IMG/VR virus record: IMGVR_UViG_2690316115_000004
Reading direction: 5' to 3' (one strand)
Length of the DNA stretch: 4,509 bases
Source: a virus
Taxonomy: Duplodnaviria > Heunggongvirae > Uroviricota > Caudoviricetes
Below, one piece after another: positions 1 through 4,509 of this stretch. Position numbers and translations under genes: made by a program. The notes under the pieces were generated by a model. The model did not search any database, was not told where the DNA came from, and worked only from the letters and a program-made list of their open reading frames with translations. The stretch's first letter is position 1, and each line of letters begins with the position of its first letter.

Positions 1-46
1 CTGCCCGTTGACGGACTTCAGGGGAAAAACGAGTATTTTTAGTCAT
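1..46 (-). CDS. IS3-family transposase OrfA, N-terminal 15 codons only (MTKNTRFSPEVRQRA...), continues beyond the left window edge
   Basis: Reverse complement of 1-46 translates to MTKNTRFSPEVRQRA, which I recognise as the N-terminus of IS629/IS1203 OrfA. The ATG lies 54 nt inside the element end, typical for IS3-family orfA. Confidence 0.7.
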   Translation of the reverse strand, partial: MTKNTRFSPEVRQRA

Positions 47-100
47 CCTGTTTACCTCTTTCTCAGGAAGTTTAGTCTCCAGGATTCCCGGGGCGGTTCA
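1..100 (-). mobile_element. Outward end of an IS3-family insertion sequence (IS629/IS1203-like), cut by the window edge; element terminus at position 100
   Basis: Reverse complement of 47-100 reads TGAACCGCCCCGGGAATCCTGGAGACTAAACTTCCTGAGAAAGAGGTAAACAGG, starting with the TGA typical of IS3-family termini and matching my recollection of the IS629 left end. It is followed on the minus strand by an AAGAGG Shine-Dalgarno and an ATG at 46-44. Identification is by recollection, not a database search. Confidence 0.75.
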
Positions 101-305
101 TGGAGCTGCGTTAATTCATTTTGTGGATGGGCTTGTGACGGATGGTTTTATTTTGCGTGCAAATGAATTTGTCACATCGTTGCCGTCTCTGAAAGAAGCT
201 GGGATTAAGGCTGGTTTTTCTGCTTTTGAAGATTAGTGAATTCATCTACAATTCAGCGCAGGGCTGAACCCCTGTTGAGTAACACTGTGCCACCGGAGAA
301 AGCCG

Positions 306-584
306 ATGGCGCAAAATTCCAGACTACACAATTCTGATAATTCAGCCGTCTTTGCCAGCAGGCACGGGCGGCGTTCTCATGCATTCAAATCTGACTGGTT
401 CCGGCACGCCCCATGCACTGAAGAACAGGCCGAATGGCTGATTCAGAACTACCGCAGACGTGGGTATGAGTTTAGGAAAGCCCTCAGCCTCGATTATCGT
501 CACTGGATAATCTACGTCAGGCTGCCGTACTCCGAGCGCCCACCGCGTCCGTCCCGCACATTCCAGCAACGCATCTGGAGGTAA
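306..584 (+). CDS. Hypothetical phage protein (92 aa), function not recognised
   Basis: ORF from the six-frame track. GGAGA at 294-298 sits 7 nt upstream of ATG 306. TAA stop at 582-584 lies 1 nt before the start of the next gene, suggesting translational coupling in a nin-region-like operon. Confidence 0.5.
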   Translation: MAQNSRLHNSDNSAVFASRHGRRSHAFKSDWFRHAPCTEEQAEWLIQNYRRRGYEFRKALSLDYRHWIIYVRLPYSERPPRPSRTFQQRIWR

Positions 585-585
585 C

Positions 586-1641
586 GTGCGGGTATTACTT
601 CGACCTGTTCCGGTACCGGAACTTGGGTTGGTGGTCCTTAAACCAGGCCGTGAATCCATGCAGGTATTCCATAACCCTCGAGTGCTTGTGGAGCCGGAAC
701 CGAAAAGCATGCGCGGTCTGCCGTCCGGCATCGTCCCTGCCGTTCGCCAGCCGCTGGCGGAGGATAAATCATTACTGCCGTTTTTCAGCAATGAGCGTGT
801 GATTCGTGCTGTTGGTGGCGCTGGTGCACTGTCTGACTGGCTGTTGCGTCATGTCAAATCCTGCCAGTGGCCTCATGGTGACTATCATCACAGTGAAACC
901 GTTATTCACCGTTATGGTACCGGCGCAATGGTGTTGTGCTGGCACTGCGACAACCAGCTGCGTGACCAGACATCCGAATCACTCGAGCAACTTGCTCATC
1001 AAAACCTGTCAGCATGGATGATTGACGTCATCGGTCACGCAATAAGCGGTACGCAGGAGCGTGAATTATCTCTGGCTGAATTATCCTGGTGGGCGGTCCG
1101 CAATCAGGTGGCGGACGCGCTACCGGAAGCGGTATTACGTCGTTCGCTGGGGTTGCGTGCGGAAAAAATCCGCTCAATGTACCGTGAAAGCGACATCGTA
1201 CCGGGAGAGCAGACCGCCACCATCATACTGAAGCAGCGCACAAAAAATCTTGCGCCGCTGCCTCACGCCCACCAGCAAAACCCGCCACAGGAAAAGACGG
1301 TGGTCAGCATTGCCGTTGATCCGGAGTCACCGGCTCAGTATCTCCAGCGCCAGAAACCACAACGGGAAGAGATGCCTGTATACACGCGCTGGGTAAAAAC
1401 GCAGAAATGCATGACGTGCGGTAATCAGGCAGATGATCCGCATCACATCATTGGTCATGGACTGGGAGGGATGGGAACAAAGGCTGATGATTTGTTTGTT
1501 ATTCCGCTGTGCCGTAAATGTCATAACGAACTGCACGCTGGGGTAAAAGATTTTGAAGAAAAACACGGCAGCCAGCTGTTGTTGCTGATTCGTTTTTTAA
1601 TGCACGCGAGAAATTCGGGTGTCCTGAAGTGGAAAGCATGA
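586..1641 (+). CDS. DUF968-like prophage protein (YdfU-like) with two Cys/His HNH-like clusters
   Basis: 351-aa ORF. C-terminal CMTCGNQADDPHHIIGHGLGG...CRKCHNELH is an HNH-type CxxC...H...CxxCH motif; an earlier C..HGDYHH...CWHCDNQL cluster resembles a second copy. GTG start at 586 with GGAGG at 577-581; ATG 658 is an alternative start. Position directly upstream of rusA matches lambdoid prophages. Confidence 0.7.
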   Translation: MRVLLRPVPVPELGLVVLKPGRESMQVFHNPRVLVEPEPKSMRGLPSGIVPAVRQPLAEDKSLLPFFSNERVIRAVGGAGALSDWLLRHVKSCQWPHGDYHHSETVIHRYGTGAMVLCWHCDNQLRDQTSESLEQLAHQNLSAWMIDVIGHAISGTQERELSLAELSWWAVRNQVADALPEAVLRRSLGLRAEKIRSMYRESDIVPGEQTATIILKQRTKNLAPLPHAHQQNPPQEKTVVSIAVDPESPAQYLQRQKPQREEMPVYTRWVKTQKCMTCGNQADDPHHIIGHGLGGMGTKADDLFVIPLCRKCHNELHAGVKDFEEKHGSQLLLLIRFLMHARNSGVLKWKA

Positions 1642-2007
1642 ATGACTGAACGGATAGAATTTGTTTTGCCTTACCCGCCGACGGTGAATACCTACTGGCG
1701 ACGTCATGGCAATACGTATTTCATCTCGGAAGCCGGAAAGCGTTATCGCCGTGATGTGGCGCTAATTGTTCGCCAGCAGCGGCTGAAATTAAACCTGTCC
1801 GGAAGGCTGGTGATAAAGATTATTGCAGAGCCACCGGATAAGCGCCGTCGTGACCTGGACAATATCCTGAAAGCACCACTGGATGTGCTGACGCATGCCG
1901 GACTTCTCATAGACGACGAGCAGTTTGATGAAATCAATATTGTGCGCGGTCAGCTCGTTCCTGGTGGGCGGCTGGGGATAAAAATCACAGAACTGGAGTG
2001 CGCATGA
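1642..2007 (+). CDS. rusA: Crossover-junction endodeoxyribonuclease RusA (Holliday junction resolvase)
   Basis: 121-aa ORF MTERIEFVLPYPPTVNTYWRRHG...DKRRRDLDNILKAPLDVL...DDEQF...GGRLGIKITE. The size and the RRRDLDN acidic motif match RusA as I remember it. ATG 1642 immediately follows the upstream TGA (1639-1641). Confidence 0.85.
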   Translation: MTERIEFVLPYPPTVNTYWRRHGNTYFISEAGKRYRRDVALIVRQQRLKLNLSGRLVIKIIAEPPDKRRRDLDNILKAPLDVLTHAGLLIDDEQFDEINIVRGQLVPGGRLGIKITELECA

Positions 2008-2693
2008 ATAACCACTATTTACAGTTTGTGCGTGAGCAGCTCATTATCGCCACCGCTGATTTGAGTGGGGCAACAAAAGGTCAGCTTGAAGCCTGGCAGG
2101 AGAATGCCATGTTCGATACAGGGCGTTACAGGCGAAAAAAAATCCGGTACCGCGATGAAGTGACTGGAAAAATGATAACGCGGGATAATCCACCAATCCC
2201 GGGAAAGCAATCGCTGGCGAAGGTGACGTCAATTCCTCTGGTCAGTCCGGTTGAGTTTTCGACATCATCGTGGCGGCGGGCTGTTCTGTCTCTTGAAGAA
2301 CATCATAAAGCCTGGTTGTTGTGGTGTTACAGCGGGAGTATTTGTTGGGAATATCAGATCGCGATAACACAGTGGGCGTGGAATGAATTTAATACTCAAT
2401 CCGGTACCAGAAAAATTGCTGGGAAAACGCAGGAACGCCTGAAAAAATTAATCTGGCTGGCGGCGCAGGCAGTAAAAGCAGAACTTTTTGGTGGGGAAGG
2501 TTATGAATATCAGGAGCTGGCATTACTGGCGGGAGTGACAACTAAAAACTGGTCCAAAACATTTACTCGTCACTGGGTTGCAATGAAACACATTTTTCAC
2601 CGACTGGATAGTGAGGCTTTATTATTTGTAATGAGAACACGTTCAAAACAAAAGGCGGCATTTTCAAAGCAAAGTGTTGCAAAAGTAGATTGA
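2004..2693 (+). CDS. Putative late-gene antiterminator (Q-like), assigned mainly by position
   Basis: ORF ending TGA 2691-2693. ATG 2004 overlaps the rusA stop (ATGA) with GGAG at 1995-1998; the track starts it at GTG 1998. It sits between rusA and the promoter/tRNA/terminator module, where lambdoid phages encode Q. I cannot confirm Q-family membership from sequence alone. Confidence 0.5.
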   Translation: MNNHYLQFVREQLIIATADLSGATKGQLEAWQENAMFDTGRYRRKKIRYRDEVTGKMITRDNPPIPGKQSLAKVTSIPLVSPVEFSTSSWRRAVLSLEEHHKAWLLWCYSGSICWEYQIAITQWAWNEFNTQSGTRKIAGKTQERLKKLIWLAAQAVKAELFGGEGYEYQELALLAGVTTKNWSKTFTRHWVAMKHIFHRLDSEALLFVMRTRSKQKAAFSKQSVAKVD

Positions 2694-2756
2694 AAGGCAT
2701 ATGTTTCATGCAAATCTGATATTTTGCCGATTTTGTACGTGATGGCAAAAGCAAAC

Positions 2757-2784
2757 AAAACCCGCCCACAAGCGGGTTTTGTTG
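2757..2784 (+). terminator. Intrinsic terminator-like hairpin downstream of the Q-like gene, flanked by A-tract and T-tract (possibly bidirectional)
   Basis: AAAACCCGC (2757-2765), loop CCACAA, GCGGGTTTT (2772-2780), then GTTGTG. A 5-bp GC stem extended by A:U pairs with a U-rich 3' tail. Confidence 0.55.
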
Positions 2785-2787
2785 TGC

Positions 2788-2836
2788 CACTTATCTCGGA
2801 TAGACATGGTGAATGCGCTGGTGGAGGAGATAAGGG
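2788..2836. repeat. Inverted repeat (CACTTATCTC ... GAGATAAGGG) separated by 29 nt, just upstream of the promoter -35
   Basis: 2790-2797 CTTATCTC is the exact reverse complement of 2827-2834 GAGATAAG; the match extends to 9 of 10 over 2788-2797 versus 2827-2836. Function unknown; could be an operator or RNA structure. Confidence 0.4.
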
Positions 2837-2850
2837 TGATTTTTGTATGC

Positions 2851-2879
2851 TTGCAACATTGATTTCGTAACGTTATTAT
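2851..2879 (+). promoter_or_regulatory. Near-consensus sigma70 promoter (TTGCAA, 17-bp spacer, TATTAT) driving the tRNA cluster; candidate late promoter PR'
   Basis: -35 TTGCAA at 2851-2856, 17-bp spacer, -10 TATTAT at 2874-2879, with a T-rich stretch upstream. Predicted start around 2886, 2-3 nt before the first tRNA. Assignment as PR' is inference from position downstream of the Q-like gene. Confidence 0.55.
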
Positions 2880-2888
2880 CCTGCGCCC

Positions 2889-2964
2889 GGCCCTTTAGCT
2901 CAGTGGTGAGAGCGAGCGACTCATAATCGCCAGGTCGCTGGTTCAAATCCAGCAAGGGCCACCA
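2889..2964 (+). tRNA. ileZ: tRNA-Ile2 (anticodon CAU, lysidine type; formally also readable as Met), ileZ-like
   Basis: Manual cloverleaf: acceptor GGCCCTT/AAGGGCC, D-arm GCTC-AGTGGTGA-GAGC, anticodon loop CTCATAA (CAU), T-arm GCTGG-TTCAAAT-CCAGC, discriminator A and encoded CCA. 76 nt, closely resembling E. coli ileX as I recall it. Confidence 0.85.
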
Positions 2965-2965
2965 A

Positions 2966-3041
2966 CCGCCACTAGCCATCAGGAAAGAGCGTCAACCCTT
3001 TAAGTTGAGTGTGCGAGGTTCGAGTCCCCGGTGGTGGTCCA
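2966..3041 (+). tRNA. tRNA-like element in the argN slot, probably degenerate or a pseudo-tRNA (apparent anticodon UUU with C at position 33 and a weak D-stem)
   Basis: Exactly 76 nt between the flanking tRNAs. Acceptor CCGCCAC/GTGGTGG (one G-U), perfect anticodon stem TCAAC/GTTGA with loop CCTTTAA, T-arm CGAGG-TTCGAGT-CCCCG (one mismatch) and terminal TCCA. The D-stem has two mismatches and position 14 is not A. Confidence 0.4.
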
Positions 3042-3054
3042 TTATCGGTATTCT

Positions 3055-3128
3055 GCGTTGTTAGCTCAGCAGGACAGAGCAATTGCCTTCTAAGCAATCG
3101 GTCACTGGTTCGACTCCAGTACAACGCG
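3055..3128 (+). tRNA. argO: tRNA-Arg (anticodon UCU, reads AGA/AGG), argO-like; CCA not encoded
   Basis: Manual cloverleaf: acceptor GCGTTGT/ACAACGC, D-arm GCTC-AGCAGGACA-GAGC, anticodon stem ATTGC/GCAAT with loop CTTCTAA (UCU), T-arm ACTGG-TTCGACT-CCAGT, discriminator G followed by CTA rather than CCA. Confidence 0.85.
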
Positions 3129-3144
3129 CTACACTTATTTTCCC

Positions 3145-3168
3145 GGCTCGCTTTTGCGGGCCTTTTTT
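3145..3168 (+). terminator. Rho-independent terminator after the tRNA cluster (candidate tR')
   Basis: GGCTCGC (3145-3151), loop TTTT, GCGGGCC (3156-3162), a 7-bp stem with one U-G, followed by TTTTTT (3163-3168). Confidence 0.7.
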
Positions 3169-3211
3169 GTATCTGCGCCACGCCCGGCGCATACCAACCA
3201 CAGAGCCTTTC

Positions 3212-3221
3212 GGGGGGGGGG
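3212..3221. repeat. G10 homopolymer tract in the intergenic leader upstream of the TerB-like gene
   Basis: Direct read: C then ten consecutive G at 3212-3221. Long G runs are uncommon in enterobacterial DNA and are slippage-prone. Confidence 0.9.
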
Positions 3222-3303
3222 AGCTTACGGAGTGGTCAGTGTGACTTTCTCTGTGGGCAGATCGCTCCCGGGCGTTGGCTCACCCACCCAAAGGAACGTC
3301 ACG

Positions 3304-3736
3304 ATGTTTGGTATTTTGGGTAAAAAAAGCCCGCAGAGCGGCAACGGAAATTAAAAAGTTTGAAAAACGCGATCTGGCACAGGTGGTGATTAACGCCGCC
3401 TACCTGGTGGCCTGTGCAGATGGTGAATGTGAGGCTTCCTAGAAAGCGAAGATCGAACAGGTACTGCGTAATCAGCCTGCGCTGTACGCGTTTACGTCAG
3501 AAATTAATGCGATTAGCGCAACCATTATCGGTCAGCTGGATACGAACTTTAAAACTGGTCGTCGTGCGGCGTTACGTGAGATCGAGGATGTGAAACACGA
3601 TACGCGTGAAGCGGAAGATGTGCTGGATGTGGCGGTGGCCATTGCGGAGGCAGACGGCGAAATTGAGCCGGAAGAGCGCAAGGTGCTGGAAGAGATTGCC
3701 GGTGTTCTGGGTCTTCGTCTGGAGAATTACCTGTGA
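3304..3736 (+). pseudogene. TerB-like (tellurite-resistance TerB superfamily) gene, apparently disrupted by a +1 frameshift in an A7 run (3322-3328) and an in-frame TAG (3440-3442)
   Basis: AAGGA (3291-3295) sits 8 nt upstream of ATG 3304; this frame gives MFGILGKKSPQSGNGN then TAA at 3352-3354. The next frame from 3329 reads ARRAATEIKKFEKRDLAQVVINAAYLVACADGECEAS-TAG-KAKIEQVLRNQPALYAFTSEINAISATIIGQLDTNFKTGRRAALREIEDVKHDTREAEDVLDVAVAIAEADGEIEPEERKVLEEIAGVLGLRLENYL, ending TGA 3734-3736. The ADGE...E and AEADGEIEPEE segments look like the paired TerB motifs. Deleting one A restores a continuous frame from the ATG. Confidence 0.55.
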
Positions 3737-3900
3737 CGGTAAAACTGCGCCTGACTGTGGCTGCACTCCTGCTGTTTCTGGTGGTGATGGTGGATTTCAC
3801 CAGCAGAATCATGTCGGTGCTGGCGGATGGGGTGCTGGTCTGCGGCATTGTGGTATTGCTGTGGCCGGTGATAAAAAGAAACAGCCTGCATAATGCTTGA
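3733..3900 (+). CDS. Small hydrophobic protein (about 55 aa, two predicted transmembrane helices), function unknown
   Basis: GTG 3733 overlaps the TerB-like TGA (GTGA) with GGAGA at 3721-3725. Translation VTVKLRLTVAALLLFLVVMVDFTSRIMSVLADGVLVCGIVVLLWPVIKRNSLHNA, stop TGA 3898-3900. Internal ATGs at 3787 and 3811 are alternative starts. Below the 60-aa cutoff of the ORF track. Confidence 0.4.
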   Translation: MTVKLRLTVAALLLFLVVMVDFTSRIMSVLADGVLVCGIVVLLWPVIKRNSLHNA

Positions 3901-4101
3901 TTTTTTTGTTTGCTGTTTATTAAAAACACTTCTGCATGGTGAATCCCCCTGTGCGGTGGGGCAATCAGCAAGAAGGAATATGGGGTAATCGCGGATTCAG
4001 GTGCTGATACTGAATTCACCGGGAGGCACCCGGCACCATGCTTTGCCACAAAAGTGTTATTTCTGTTTTTCTCAAACTATCATCGTTATCCCTTTATTTT
4101 C

Positions 4102-4128
4102 GGCTGCGCATGGCGCGGCCTTTTTTTT
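4102..4128 (+). terminator. Rho-independent terminator upstream of the nanS-p-like gene
   Basis: GGCTGCGC (4102-4109), loop ATG, GCGCGGCC (4113-4120), an 8-bp stem with one U-G, followed by eight T (4121-4128). Confidence 0.75.
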
Positions 4129-4214
4129 ACGACCAGCCACTGGCAGATGGTCATCCTGTGATTTGATTCCGCTTCCGGCTTTTTAACTCTGTTCCTCTAC
4201 ACGGGAGAAATTCG

Positions 4215-4509
4215 ATGTCGATTAAACATTACGATGTTATCAGGGCGGCGTCGCCGTCAGACCTTGCGGAAAAGCTGACACACAAACTGAAAGAGGGCTG
4301 GCAGCCATACGGCGGACCGGTTGCCATTACGCCGTACACACTGATGCAGGCGGTGGCTATTGAAGGAGAGCCACAGGTCGGCCCTTCATCTGAGCCGGAT
4401 TGGTACTACGTCATCGTACTGGCCGGGCAGTCCAATGCCATGGCTTACGGTGAAGGGCTTCCGCTGCCGGATTCATACGATGCTCCGGATCCGCGCATTA
4501 AACAGCTGG
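4215..4509 (+). CDS. nanS-p: Prophage sialate O-acetylesterase NanS-p-like protein (DUF1737 N-terminal domain plus start of SASA/SGNH esterase domain); 3' end beyond the window
   Basis: GGGAGA at 4203-4208 then ATG 4215. Translation MSIKHYDVIRAASPSDLAEKLTHKLKEGWQPYGGPVAITPYTLMQAVAIEGEPQVGPSSEPDWYYVIVLAGQSNAMAYGEGLPLPDSYDAPDPRIKQL, open to the window end. The GQSN catalytic-serine motif and the DUF1737-like N-terminus match the YjhS/NanS family gene found downstream of stx in Stx phages. Confidence 0.8.
   Translation, partial: MSIKHYDVIRAASPSDLAEKLTHKLKEGWQPYGGPVAITPYTLMQAVAIEGEPQVGPSSEPDWYYVIVLAGQSNAMAYGEGLPLPDSYDAPDPRIKQL

Noticed and set aside
342-791. Minus-strand 149-aa ORF
   Set aside because: Antisense to the SD-supported 92-aa ORF and the DUF968 gene; no RBS noticed and composition typical of an antisense frame to real genes.
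806-1021. Plus-strand 71-aa ORF in an alternative frame inside the DUF968 gene
   Set aside because: Fully embedded in a longer ORF that carries recognisable HNH-like motifs; Cys-rich low-complexity translation is typical of an off-frame read.
1327-2232. Minus-strand ORFs 1327..1566, 1743..1937, 2019..2210, 2044..2232
   Set aside because: All antisense to the contiguous, translationally coupled plus-strand genes (DUF968, rusA, Q-like); no independent support.
2966-3041. Middle tRNA as an amber suppressor that would rescue the TAG in the TerB-like gene
   Set aside because: The anticodon loop reads CCUUUAA (apparent UUU), not CUA; no alternative fold gives a CUA anticodon.
2563-3354. ORFs 2563..2790(-), 2791..2979(-), 2972..3181(-), 3009..3323(+), 3154..3354(+)
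   Set aside because: They overlap the terminator hairpin, promoter and tRNA genes, and their translations look like read-through of structured RNA. Only the last 16 codons of 3154..3354 are meaningful, as the frame-1 N-terminus of the TerB-like gene.
3549-4049. Minus-strand ORFs 3549..4049 and 3572..3766, and plus-strand 3606..3893
   Set aside because: Antisense or off-frame to the TerB-like frame and the small membrane ORF, which carry recognisable motifs and Shine-Dalgarno sites.
4001-4186. Plus-strand 61-aa ORF
   Set aside because: Spans the strong 4102-4128 terminator hairpin and T-tract, and lacks a properly spaced RBS.
3129-4214. Shiga toxin genes (stxA/stxB) between the tRNA cluster and nanS-p
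   Set aside because: The architecture suggested them, but the interval is too short for an stx operon and its translations show a TerB-like protein and a small hydrophobic ORF, not an A/B toxin pair.
1-4509. CRISPR array or other tandem repeat structure
   Set aside because: No regularly spaced direct repeats were seen; the only repeats are short inverted repeats, homopolymer runs (G10, A7, T8) and terminator stems.

Overview
This window reads as the late-regulatory region of a lambdoid prophage of the E. coli/Shigella type, interrupted at its left edge by an IS3-family insertion sequence. Left to right: the outward end of an IS629-like element (1-100, transposase orfA start on the minus strand); a 92-codon hypothetical ORF; a DUF968-like protein with two Cys/His HNH-like clusters; rusA (Holliday-junction resolvase); a 229-aa ORF in the position of the late antiterminator Q; a terminator hairpin; a near-consensus sigma70 promoter abutting a tRNA cluster (tRNA-Ile2 CAU, a degenerate tRNA-like element, tRNA-Arg UCU); a second terminator; a TerB-like ORF that appears disrupted by a frameshift in an A7 run plus an in-frame TAG; a small two-helix membrane ORF; a third terminator; and the 5' part of a nanS-p-like esterase gene. 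This is the architecture that carries stx in Shiga-toxin phages (Q, tRNAs, cargo, nanS-p), but here the cargo slot holds the TerB-like gene and the small membrane ORF instead. All calls come from reading the sequence and from recalled family knowledge; no searches were run. I see no strong evidence of a wholly new system; the most interesting part is the cargo slot and its apparent decay.
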